A DNA stretch of 64,000 nucleotides. Origin: Trypanosoma brucei (taxonomy: Eukaryota). Position numbers and translations under genes: made by a program. Shown here in pieces: positions 40,680 through 51,413 of this stretch; within the stretch, counting starts at the first letter, position 1, and every line of letters begins with the position of its first letter. The stretch spans positions 1,952,001-2,016,000 of the forward strand of contig CM000207.1 in the NCBI GenBank assembly GCA_000002445.1. Direction: 5' to 3'. The notes beneath the pieces were generated by a model that was given only the letters and a program-made list of their open reading frames with translations, did no database searches and had not been told where the DNA came from.

Positions 40680-42455
40680 ATGCAACAAAAATCGGACGCC
40701 GTTACACCGCTTCCCCTGAAGCAGATGTTCCCGTTAGCACTCGTTCTGCTAAACGAAAGTCTTTGTTCTTCAATACTTCTGCCCTATGTTGGATACCTCG
40801 TGTCATTCTTCGAAAAGTGTCCCCCAGAGGAGGCCGGTTACATGTCAGGAGTGGTTTTGGGATCCTTCATGCTTGGGCAGTTCACGAGCGGCAAAATGTG
40901 GGGTTGGATGAGTGACTATTACGGTCGTAAACCAACCCTTGCGTTAGGTCTTATTATCGGTGGGTTGATGGTTCTTTGCTTTGGCTTCAGCGGCAACATC
41001 TGGGTTTGCATCATTTTTCGTTTCTTTCATGGCCTCTCGAACGGAAACCTTTTGGTCGCAAAGACAGTACTGGCTGATATTCTCGACAGAACCAATGAAG
41101 CCCAAGGGTTTGCGATGGTTAGTTTCACGTACGGTTTCGGGATTCTAATCGGTCCGGCGATGGGTGGACTGCTGTACGATCCCGCAAACAGCAATATGTT
41201 TCGTTGGGCAGGTTTCAGAAAAGATGGCGTTTTCGCCCGCTACCCGGGACTGATGCCAGCAGTTGCATGCTTCTTCTACGCTATTTTTGCTCTTGTCATA
41301 TGTTTGGTGTTTCTAGCGGAGACCAATCCTCATGCTCGACCTTTACCAGGGTGGATTTTGGCGCTCCTACCATCTTCGCTGCGACTCAGAGCCACACATG
41401 AGGTGGTCCCAAATAATGAAAATATAGAGGCTGTAGTTGTCGAGCCGGAGCCGGATTATTTTTTCAATGGGTTACCTGATGAGTCTGATATCTTAGGTGA
41501 AAATCATGGGACTGCGACATGGGAGAAGTCTCAACAGCTTTCTTTTCGGAAGGACGGAACAAACGAAGAAGCGAAGCAACACAAAGAAGCAGCACCTAAC
41601 GGTACAAATGGTCGGGTGGATTCTCATCTAGAAGTAGATCGCGAGGCGAGTGCCCCGGCTCTGCGCGGTGCAGATGAAATAAGTGTTGCTACTTCTCAAG
41701 AAAAGGAACCGTTTGGGTACAGAGATTCATTTGTAAACCCCAATACGAGGTGTGTATTAGTCACCTACATGCTCATTTGCTGTGGAGATGTGGCGTTCTC
41801 GGAGATTTTTTCGTTGTGGGCGATTGCAGGGACATCTCATGGAGGACTCGGTTATCAGGCCAGTGCGGTTGGGACGCTTCTCTTAACGAACAGTTTCCCG
41901 TGTCTCTTGTCTAACGTCACGTTGCACCTCGCATGTCGCGTGATTACCAACAAATTAGTTTTGTGGCGTATTTCCGTGATGATAATTTCTGTGGTAGTTG
42001 GTTTGATGCCTTTCGTGACGTATGCGGTGGGAGGTGCACAGATCCCCTTACTTCTCATGTGCACATTTGCCAGGCAGTGGTTTAGTTCCTGGGCTTTCGG
42101 ACTCATTACAATATTTACTGCTCGCGTTGCGCCACCCCTTCACACAGGTACAATGTATGGTATTGCCCAATCTTGTGGCTCAATAGTGCGTTGCGTGATT
42201 CCGTTCGCAATTACCCCACTGTTTGCGTGGTCAATATCAGGTCATAAGCCCATTCCATTCAACAGCGTGCTTACCTTTCTCATTTCATCCGTAATGTTTA
42301 TCTCTGCATGTGTTGGTTCGTTAGGTCTCAAGGTTGAAGACGAAAACGAGCTGCAAAACGAACAGCAACTCGAAACAAACTATGTGGTGGTTATGGATTG
42401 CGAATTTGATGACGGGGACGCTAGGGGTGGAATTTTCACAGGTATTAAGGGGTGA
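40680..42455 (+). CDS. major facilitator superfamily (MFS) transporter
   Basis: About 12 TM helices. The MFS signature GWMSDYYGRKP (nt ~40900-40935) lies between TM2 and TM3. A large hydrophilic central loop is present. Confidence 0.7.
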   Translation: MQQKSDAVTPLPLKQMFPLALVLLNESLCSSILLPYVGYLVSFFEKCPPEEAGYMSGVVLGSFMLGQFTSGKMWGWMSDYYGRKPTLALGLIIGGLMVLCFGFSGNIWVCIIFRFFHGLSNGNLLVAKTVLADILDRTNEAQGFAMVSFTYGFGILIGPAMGGLLYDPANSNMFRWAGFRKDGVFARYPGLMPAVACFFYAIFALVICLVFLAETNPHARPLPGWILALLPSSLRLRATHEVVPNNENIEAVVVEPEPDYFFNGLPDESDILGENHGTATWEKSQQLSFRKDGTNEEAKQHKEAAPNGTNGRVDSHLEVDREASAPALRGADEISVATSQEKEPFGYRDSFVNPNTRCVLVTYMLICCGDVAFSEIFSLWAIAGTSHGGLGYQASAVGTLLLTNSFPCLLSNVTLHLACRVITNKLVLWRISVMIISVVVGLMPFVTYAVGGAQIPLLLMCTFARQWFSSWAFGLITIFTARVAPPLHTGTMYGIAQSCGSIVRCVIPFAITPLFAWSISGHKPIPFNSVLTFLISSVMFISACVGSLGLKVEDENELQNEQQLETNYVVVMDCEFDDGDARGGIFTGIKG

Positions 42456-44849
42456 AATAGAGAAAAAAATGGGCAATAGATTTGTTAATGAGAGCATATA
42501 TATACATATGTATATATACGCTACATTTTATATATGTGACGCGAGGAAGAAGAAAAAAAATGATTAATCAAAGAATGTGTAATCGGTTAGTATCCACTTA
42601 CAAGAATTTATGTTTATATTCCTCTGTATGTGCATGTTTGGTGATTCGTAACCAAACCGTCTTTTGCGTGGTCTTACCATCCGATTCCCCTTATCTTGCT
42701 TAAACGTGATTATGTTTGTTGCAGCCCAAAGTGCTTGACGTGCACTTCGCTCCTGTCATCAGTTTGTGCGCGGCCAAAAATTTTTTTATTGTGTTCCTTC
42801 GCCCTCGTAAAGAAAAGGGCTGTGAGCGAGGAAGAGAAAGAGGAAGGTGTCACGAGCACGCTAACATTCTTTACAAAAATCATCCCTTTACATACAGGCT
42901 GCGCGCAATAAGGCAAGCATGTGTGCTTTATGACTGTGTGTTACATAGTACAAAAATTTCAGTTGTCGCGGCGCGAAGTAAGCAAGGAGAAATAATAAGT
43001 GGGTTAGAAGGTATGGGGGAAAAACAAACAAACATACTACAAATATATATCTGTATCTATATATAAATATACATGCTTCTATATTTATAATAACGAGGCA
43101 AAGTTGGTAACGACAACGGCAAAAGGGAGTGCAAATAAAGTGATGTCGCAACGACAAGGGGTAAAAAAGGGAATTCAAGCGGAGGAAGCGTTTCGACTTG
43201 GTATACCTTTTTTAAAAGTGAATGTTTAATAAAGGGGTGATCGATACAAAAACGGCAAAAATGAAACAACGAAACGAAAAGAAGCACATATGTGGCTGCG
43301 TGGGATACCCTAAAGTTAAATTTCTCGCTCACTCTTTTGTCTTTCTTCCTCTTTTTTTTTCGACTTCCTTCATTCTTTCATAAATAAACAGACTGAGACA
43401 GATTGTGAGAAGGTAAAAGGAACTAATCGAGAAAGGATAAAAGGAATATAACAGTAAAGAAAATTAGAGTATGTATCGTGCCCATTTCTTCGCGTCGGTT
43501 CTGCTACTGACGATGTGGATTTGTTCCCTTTGATGATCCTCTTATTTATAATCATCATTGCTTTTGTTGCTTTTATTATTTTAACTTTACTTTTCATCCT
43601 TCCTTCTGTTTTGGCATTTTACTCGCATTTTTTTCTTTATTTCGTTGTTATTTGTGAACCTTCTCAGACATCGAATGCATCTTACTACTGTTATTATAAT
43701 TGGAGAGAAAGATCAGAATCCACAAATCATTCCTCTTGATGTCTGTTTTGTTTTTTTTTTTTGGTTTGGTTCTTATGATTTTATTTGGGCCTTATTGTTT
43801 ATTGACGCTGGCTTCTTTCTCCTTTCTGCTGGACCATTCAGTACCATGGGTGTCCGTTAACTCCCCCTTTCGTAGCGTTATTCAGTCCCTTTCTAATATC
43901 AAAATTTATACTGTCATCACTATTTATATTTGGTATGTGAAACAAAATCCAAATGGCAACGATTAGGTTGGGACGCACACTGAGATGAGGCTGGCGCTGC
44001 GTCGAATAGAAACAATCACTTATTTGTTGATACCTATTCATTTGGTTGCTACTGTACGCTACAATACGGGGTTTATATTAGGATTTACTTATATATATAT
44101 GTGTGTGTATATGTATGTATTCCTCACGAATGAGTGTATGAATATGCAAGAATGCGTATTCATATGTAGCTGAAAGTGTATACCGCATATTGTGTGTTTT
44201 TACCTGTGTGTTTGCATGTGTTACATGTACTGCGTTTGATGTGACAATATATCTTTTCTGATGGCTTTGTTGTGAATTGAGTCTCTGCACCAGTTTCGTG
44301 TGGGTTGTGTTAATTTTCCTCTTCATTATTCTTCCCATCTTTTCCTTAGTATTCTTCGAAGTACACAGCAGTTAGCTTAACCACTGATCCCTTGGTTATT
44401 CACAGCATTTGTATTTGTTGGCGGTGGAACTTATCACCAAAACGGGCTTTCTTTCGTACGATCTCCGGGCAAAACTTTGCATATATTTTAAAATATATTG
44501 GTTGTGTTGTAAGCACGAGGGCCATACGAGCGCGTCTGACTGAGGGGGGGGAAAACAAGACTCGTCAAACCTCACTGAATTACCCTTGTGTGTTATTACT
44601 GTTTTCCGGGAACTTTAAGTGTCGTAGTGTATAAAAAGATTTTCTGCCTCGGAAAAGGAATTTGGGGAACGAGATTCAGTGTTTAGCCGAAAATTACAGA
44701 AAAGAGTAACTTTTTTGGTATATACATATATTATACGGCCGCCAAATTTGTCGTTTTCTGTTAAAGTTAAGAAAAACAAAAGAAGGAGCTGCAAAGCTTC
44801 GGGAAGTGGTAGAGAACGATTAGAAGAAAATAGTGAAATAACAACGTGA

Positions 44850-46118
44850 ATGTCCGTCGTTGAAATGGAGAAGGATTCTCAACCAGAACAACCAATGAGG
44901 TCGAAGAACTTCCTTCACCGCGTTGGCACAACGATTTTATTCGTTGGAACATCCTTTGCTCTTAGCGTGTGCACCCCAAGATTTCTTCCATCAGCGGTGA
45001 AAGATTTCGCTCCAACCATCATGTGGGGGTTCACGTGTTTTTGTGTCCGGAGAGCCTTCAAAATGATGATGACGCTCGTGCTGATTACGCATCTGCTGGC
45101 ATCCGGAGCCTCACTATGGTCTTGTGGGTTCTCCAACCGTGTTGCGAATCGTGCCCTAATATTTCCCTCCTTTGCTTCGCTTGCAGCACTTCTCGCCACT
45201 TGGCGGTTACCGACGATGCCTCTTGAACGTGCGATTGGAGTGAGTCTGGTGCAGACATGGTCCATTTCTTGTGGTCTGATTCTCTTTGCCGTATTTCCTG
45301 CAACTCTCATATCCGGCAGCAACTGGAATCAGGCCAAACGCGATGCGCGCTTTGATCAGGTTATTGAACGTGCAACAGATCAGCGGGTGGAGAGGTTTAC
45401 CGTCCAATCTACGGGTGGTGTTCAGTTGGATGCCGTAGCGGTGATGCCGGAGGACCCAACAGAGCACTGGGTTGCATACTTTGGCGGGAATGCGGAAATA
45501 ATGGAAAACAGCACGGAGGATATGGCTTTTTCTAATCACCTTGTGCATGCTAATTGGTTGTTTCACAACCCGCGCGGCGTAGGAAGAAGCAGTGGATATG
45601 TATGTTGGGCTAACGACTTGGTGGACGATGCCGAGGCTGTTGTGTGGGAAGCGGTTCGACGTTACAATATTAACCCCAAAAATCTTATTTTGTGGGGACA
45701 CAGTATTGGTGGCGGGGTTGCAGCTGCACTAGCAGGGCGCTATAGCGATTTCCCCTTCCCAGTGTTGTTGGATAGGACATTCTCGCGCCTTAGCGATGCT
45801 GCCGTGTCCTTCTCACCGTTTCCTGCCACTGTGACAAGGGGTGCTATTAAGGTAACAACAGGTGACCTTAATGTTGTTAAGAGCTGCCGCAGTTTGAAGG
45901 GTCGTAATGTGTTGGTTATATTCCACCGCTCGGATGAAATAATTCGGTTCAATATTTCCTCAATCGCACGTCCCACTGCGGTAAAGAAGTCGGGTTTAAA
46001 TAAAAGTTCGTTTTTGGAGCTCCAGAGCACGTTCGTCCCCTCTCCTCACAACACTCCACTGGATTATTTTCCTGAGGTGACGCAGATACAAAGGCGTATC
46101 ATTCAACTTTATGAATAA
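44850..46118 (+). CDS. membrane-anchored alpha/beta hydrolase (GHSxG serine hydrolase)
   Basis: N-terminal TM helices are present. The nucleophile elbow LILWGHSIGGGVAAALAG (nt ~45694-45740) is typical of ABHD-type esterases/lipases. Confidence 0.6.
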   Translation: MSVVEMEKDSQPEQPMRSKNFLHRVGTTILFVGTSFALSVCTPRFLPSAVKDFAPTIMWGFTCFCVRRAFKMMMTLVLITHLLASGASLWSCGFSNRVANRALIFPSFASLAALLATWRLPTMPLERAIGVSLVQTWSISCGLILFAVFPATLISGSNWNQAKRDARFDQVIERATDQRVERFTVQSTGGVQLDAVAVMPEDPTEHWVAYFGGNAEIMENSTEDMAFSNHLVHANWLFHNPRGVGRSSGYVCWANDLVDDAEAVVWEAVRRYNINPKNLILWGHSIGGGVAAALAGRYSDFPFPVLLDRTFSRLSDAAVSFSPFPATVTRGAIKVTTGDLNVVKSCRSLKGRNVLVIFHRSDEIIRFNISSIARPTAVKKSGLNKSSFLELQSTFVPSPHNTPLDYFPEVTQIQRRIIQLYE

Positions 46119-46910
46119 TCGCGAAATACTTTAACAAAATACAAAAAGGAAAAAATCGACACACACACACACATGCACTTCGTACATCTGGCGTTGTTGT
46201 TGCTTTGTGAGACCTCGTGCGCATCGCACCCTTCCCCCTTTTTTTGTTCTTCACCATCTACTTTTTATTGTGAAGAAATTCGCATGAGCATCCTTCCTTC
46301 TTCTCCCTTCTCGCCTACCCTTGTTTCATCCCAATTCAAGAGACTCGAGGAGTTTTTGACGGCGTGATGTAAAAACATGTGAACTCTGTGATTTTTTTTT
46401 AATATATGCGTTTGTGGTAACCTGTTCTTATCCCAATTCATCACCGGTTGCTATTGTTGTGGTGGGTAGTAATAGTGAAATTGCAATGAAACAGCGCCAC
46501 AGGCACGTTCAAGAGCGTAACAAAGCTGTGTGCACATGGTTTTATACGCACGCATACGTTTTAATTTGATCAACTTTCTACTATATTTGCTACCTACGTC
46601 ATGTTGTTGACCTTTTCTCGCAATAGACTTCTGCCTTGTTAGGCTGCCGATCAGTTTACTTATTTATTTTTTTAACTGCATTCTTTTACCCCAATACTCC
46701 TTTCACCTAGAACACGCGTTTTAACGTGAGTGTTGCTACCCAAAGAGTGAGGGAAAACAATAAGAAAGGGAATAGAACAAAAGGGAGCCGCCATTAACAT
46801 AGCGAGAATAGTGACAGCTACACCTGCATTGGTGAACACGAGACCTGTAAATATCACGAGGAATAAACGGCTGAGTAGCGTTTATTTCATAGGAAGGGGA
46901 GATAGCTGCA

Positions 46911-49900
46911 ATGAAACTCTTCACACCAGAGGAGACCAAACGGGATGAGTCGCGACAGCGAGACCACGCGTCACCCGCGGAGGGTTCCGGGTCTAATGTA
47001 ACTGTCGTTTCTGGTGTTTGCTCCGCTGAAAGAAGTGTCATACGCGATGCGGAACAGGCCTTTAAGGATGTGGTGACAACCTCACTTGAGGAAATATTAC
47101 GATTGCGACCACGTGAACCTATGCGGCTCCTGGTAGACAATTTGCTGAAAAGTAGTTCAACCCATGAAATAGAACGTCACGAGATTTCTGTGGGAGACGG
47201 TACGAACTGTGTTCTCTCAAAGGCATGCACACGGAAGAATGGAGCGGACTCGCTATGTGTCGGTGGCCTTCCACTCCTGCGACTTATAGCACCGAACAGT
47301 TTTGAGGTAGACGCGGCGGTTCGTTGCCTTAGCGAAACAATCGACCCCGATGCGAAATTGATTGTTTTCATCGAACAGCCGAATCCATCTGTCGATTTGT
47401 TTTTTGTGGGAGGTATACCATACTTCGCTAATTTGACGGAGCAATTAATGGCACGGCGTCGTGACGGTAATCCTGACACAGTTCTTGATAGCGCCGTTGG
47501 CACTGATAAAATAATAGCTCATATTGGAGAGGCACTGAGGTTAGGCACTAAAACAATAAAGGAAACTATCGGTTCACTTGCTGCATCAATGCAGCGGTGT
47601 TCATTTATTGAGCTTCCCAGGCTGCAGCGTAACTTCTTCGAGATGTTTCATGTCGTGGACGCTGCTCTACACTCTCGCAAGCACGACCACCTATTTCCTC
47701 ACTCGGTTACATCTGTTCCGGGCGTTCTTCTGGTTTCATATAACCCATCTACGGCTCCCATGACCTTCACAAGGGTTATCGCAACTGTTTTGCCGTTGTA
47801 CGAAGAAGTGCAGCGCCTTAAGGTGGCGGAAACTCTTCTTGCAAATAAAACCCGCATACAAAAGTTAGACTTTCACTACGTCACGGAATATTGGAGGGGA
47901 GTGCTTCAGAGACGTGATTCACGGGACAAAACGCGGGGAGAATCGGTCACAGTAAGCCAGCGTGCTCCAAAGAAAGCATCCGGGCGTAACCCCAAGGGGA
48001 ATCCACCAAAACCGAAAACATTGCCAGTGGAGCAACTTCTAAGGGTGCAGAGGCGTGAGAGCGAGGACGCGGCGTTTCTTCGTGTTGTTCAACACCTTCA
48101 GTCGAATGCTGTGGTGCGTATTCAGGCGCTGTATCGCGGGCACCGATGGAGGAAACGGCTTGGATCGGCATTGAGTGACAAGTTACGGACCCGTGCCCAA
48201 ACATCTAGTGAGGCACAGTGGGTGGAGGATCTTCCCCTGTCAACACCACCTCTCTTGCGACAGTGCGTTGAAAAGGTCAGTGCGGCACACGGTGAGTTGT
48301 TTGGCAATTATGTGATATCATGCCCGCCCATGCCACGCATCGTAAAAATTTTGAAACCTACATCACGTGCGATCAAGGTACGTAAAGAAGACGGCACTGA
48401 AGATGTTGACAGCGAAGAGGAAACGTGGGAGGAGGAGCATATTGTTGTGCCAGTGAATCGTCAAACGAAACCGCCACCTCACTTTAACTTGCTACGTCGC
48501 CTTATGGAGTGCGAATATGCTGGTAGGTGCAACACCGTGAAGTACGCTGCTAATATCCAACAAGATTGCGCCGGTCTTTCAACGCTTCAACGACGTGCAT
48601 ATGATTGTTACAAGTCGCTGGTGCTAAATCTCCTACATATTGCATACTTGGAATTGTATCGCAGGGGGAGGATACCTTTAACCGTAAGGAATTTTGAAGA
48701 ATATGTTAACCGCTGGCACTCGGAAATATTTAGCTGGTTCTCAGCGCCGCACATTTTTTCGCGTATCGCCCTCCGAAAGGCGATGAAACCACCATACCCT
48801 GTTCCGGTAATATGCACGAAGGAGACTTTGGAGAAGGAGCGCGTACTCATTGTACGGGCATACGGTAGGGGTGGGATCTACCATGGTCCTAGTTCGGAGA
48901 AGGGTGCCGTGAAGGAGTGTAAGGAGAGCCTAACCGAGGAAGAAAGAGATGAGGAACAGGAAGAATTCTTGCAAACACTACCACCCCTCCCGCCTTTAGA
49001 TTCCGGTGTGGACAACGAACATTACATTTCCGGAGTATACGCAGCACCGGTCCTTCTCTCTCAAAGATGGTGGGAAGCAACTTTGAAAAGACTAACCTCA
49101 AGCAACCGTGAAGCGAAAGTGGCTTGGTGGACCCTTTATGATAATCCGGCAGTGTATATCAACGGTCAACCAGTCTCTTTGGTCCCTCGTCATGAGTTGC
49201 AGGAAGTTGAAGGTCGTCCATCCTTTGACGAACTAGTGCCGTGCATAGAAGTAGCACGAAAAGCTCCATGTAACTCAACATCATCAAAGGAATGTTCGAA
49301 CTGTGATCCAATATCCCCGGCGCGCTGCCGTCGATTTACCCTAAGTTGTGCGGGTGGCGAAACAGTGTCCCCGGAACCAACTAGCGATCATCGGGTTGAA
49401 GAAGGTAAGACGACACCTGGTGCGAGTGGTGCAGTAGATGCAGCTACCGATACCGATGGTGAAAGCTCTGTCTCTACCTTTGGTGTTTCGCTAGAGAGCG
49501 AGGACTCTCACCTCGTACACGAGTTGCAGCAAAATTTTCTTGACGATCAGACGGAGACATACCCTCAGTATTGTACGGTAGGTCCTCTCTGTCAGTACAG
49601 TATTCCTGCCCCTGTACATGGTCTACAACCACTTATTATCGCACCGCCAATGCCCAGTGTGCATTGCAGCGAACACGGCTACCAGTGTAGAGAAGATCGC
49701 AACACCTCTTCCACAGGTATCGACTCCGCGTGCTACTTTCCGAGTGACCATGCCGTCTCCCATGGAAGTGAGACGGCGTTTAATCATCAGAACTCCGTAA
49801 CACTGGAATGGGACGACTTTTCGGTCGCATCGCAAAGAAAACCTTCGGTTGGGCAACCGTCTCGAACAACCGCCAAAAAGAGTTCCGCTTTTGGGGAAGG

Positions 49901-50756
49901 CGCCAATGTACACAACGTCGCGACCGTTAGTGCCATGGCGACACATGTGGGTCAGCGAATTATGCACGAAGGACGGTTTTTACACGAAAGACCTTGGCTC
50001 ACGCCAGTTTGTATTCGGTCGCGAGGTCCATCCTTCTCTGATTTTATGATCAAGTGTCTTCACCAGATGCGTGACGGTTACAAGATCGTTGTTGCAGTGG
50101 ATGAACCGTATCAGATCATGTTGTTCAACGCCGTATGTCTGTTGAAGATGGCGGCGAAGGAAGAGGAAGATTTAGAGAGAACCCTGGCCCCAGATACGCC
50201 ACTTCAAGAAGAATCAGTGGTCCCTACATTAGCGCCACATGAGCTCCTTTCAAGCGAAACGGCGGAGTGCCTTTCCCTCTTACAACCCTTCTATGATGAA
50301 CTGAGTAAGAGCGTTGACAACACTGTTGTTTCTGTTGAAGGGTGCGCCATTATGGTGCAGAAAGTAATGAAGCGGATGTCTCCAGGAGGACTCTTGTTTC
50401 TTGATCAAATTCCCATGCTTATGGAGCAAGCAGAAAGGGAAAAAAACCAGCGTTTGCTCGGTGAATCCATACTTGCAGTTGTGCAGCGGATAGAGTTGTT
50501 TTGCTGGTTGGTAATCTTCGAAGCGTTTCTCGCATCAGCGATTAGAAGTCAATCAAACGGCATGAAAATTGATGAGATTTTGCCAAAGTTTCACACGTAT
50601 GTTAACGCTTCCAATGTTGTGCATTGGATTGACTACATCGACCCTTGGAAGGATGTGCCTCACCGATCGCCAGATCCGTTTCATTTGCGGTACAGCAATG
50701 GGCTGCGGCGATGGGACAATCCAAGTTTCATTTTTAGAGGCGCGACTGTGTTGTAG
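46911..50756 (+). CDS. hypothetical 1281-aa protein with N-terminal Dpy-30/RIIa-like motif and an IQ calmodulin-binding motif
   Basis: SLEEILRLRPREPMRLLVDNLLK (nt ~47080-47150) resembles the Dpy-30 docking motif RPxxPIEFLAxYLLK. IQALYRGHRWRKRLG (nt ~48121-48165) is an IQ motif. The rest is unassigned. Confidence 0.55.
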   Translation: MKLFTPEETKRDESRQRDHASPAEGSGSNVTVVSGVCSAERSVIRDAEQAFKDVVTTSLEEILRLRPREPMRLLVDNLLKSSSTHEIERHEISVGDGTNCVLSKACTRKNGADSLCVGGLPLLRLIAPNSFEVDAAVRCLSETIDPDAKLIVFIEQPNPSVDLFFVGGIPYFANLTEQLMARRRDGNPDTVLDSAVGTDKIIAHIGEALRLGTKTIKETIGSLAASMQRCSFIELPRLQRNFFEMFHVVDAALHSRKHDHLFPHSVTSVPGVLLVSYNPSTAPMTFTRVIATVLPLYEEVQRLKVAETLLANKTRIQKLDFHYVTEYWRGVLQRRDSRDKTRGESVTVSQRAPKKASGRNPKGNPPKPKTLPVEQLLRVQRRESEDAAFLRVVQHLQSNAVVRIQALYRGHRWRKRLGSALSDKLRTRAQTSSEAQWVEDLPLSTPPLLRQCVEKVSAAHGELFGNYVISCPPMPRIVKILKPTSRAIKVRKEDGTEDVDSEEETWEEEHIVVPVNRQTKPPPHFNLLRRLMECEYAGRCNTVKYAANIQQDCAGLSTLQRRAYDCYKSLVLNLLHIAYLELYRRGRIPLTVRNFEEYVNRWHSEIFSWFSAPHIFSRIALRKAMKPPYPVPVICTKETLEKERVLIVRAYGRGGIYHGPSSEKGAVKECKESLTEEERDEEQEEFLQTLPPLPPLDSGVDNEHYISGVYAAPVLLSQRWWEATLKRLTSSNREAKVAWWTLYDNPAVYINGQPVSLVPRHELQEVEGRPSFDELVPCIEVARKAPCNSTSSKECSNCDPISPARCRRFTLSCAGGETVSPEPTSDHRVEEGKTTPGASGAVDAATDTDGESSVSTFGVSLESEDSHLVHELQQNFLDDQTETYPQYCTVGPLCQYSIPAPVHGLQPLIIAPPMPSVHCSEHGYQCREDRNTSSTGIDSACYFPSDHAVSHGSETAFNHQNSVTLEWDDFSVASQRKPSVGQPSRTTAKKSSAFGEGANVHNVATVSAMATHVGQRIMHEGRFLHERPWLTPVCIRSRGPSFSDFMIKCLHQMRDGYKIVVAVDEPYQIMLFNAVCLLKMAAKEEEDLERTLAPDTPLQEESVVPTLAPHELLSSETAECLSLLQPFYDELSKSVDNTVVSVEGCAIMVQKVMKRMSPGGLLFLDQIPMLMEQAEREKNQRLLGESILAVVQRIELFCWLVIFEAFLASAIRSQSNGMKIDEILPKFHTYVNASNVVHWIDYIDPWKDVPHRSPDPFHLRYSNGLRRWDNPSFIFRGATVL

Positions 50757-51413
50757 GTGTTCATAGCCCCTTTATTATCTCAGCCTTCCAATAGGGTGGC
50801 TGTAGAACTGAGGTACGTAGGGAGCGGCACTGAGAGGTAAAGGATAATGTCAAGATGATAAACATTAAGGTGTTTCTTGTTGTGTTCCTGGGACACCTTT
50901 TGTGCTCTGGTGTAGCCTGATGTGTGGTTCATTTGTTGTTCCGCTATCACATCACCTCCACCATCGTCTCGCGTTTGTTTTTCCGCTTTTCGTACTGGAT
51001 GTGTCTACATTAGATTTGATTTTTATGTATGTGTGTGTTATTATTATTGTTATTTTTAATCAAATAAAAAAAACAGTTTGCATGCTGCTGGCCATCAAAG
51101 GAAGAAAATACATTAAATTTGTATACTTGTGGTGGCAGGAGGTGGGCACGATGGCGTTCTGGTGCACATCAAATGTAAGAAGATAGGACATTTCCTCTGT
51201 CGTCTTCTTTCGTTCCATTCAAAGGTCGGCAGTTTGTTGTCTATGTCCTTTGCAAATTCTGTGCTGTTACCATCAAGCGAGTGTGTCGGTACCCCTCCAT
51301 GTTTCTATTAACGGCCCTTCATTTCCCCCCCCCTTTTTTAACACTTCTCTGCGCAAGGCTTCCATCCCCTTTTTGCCGCCCCCACGGGGTGCAAGCTACT
51401 TTGTGTGCTGTTC

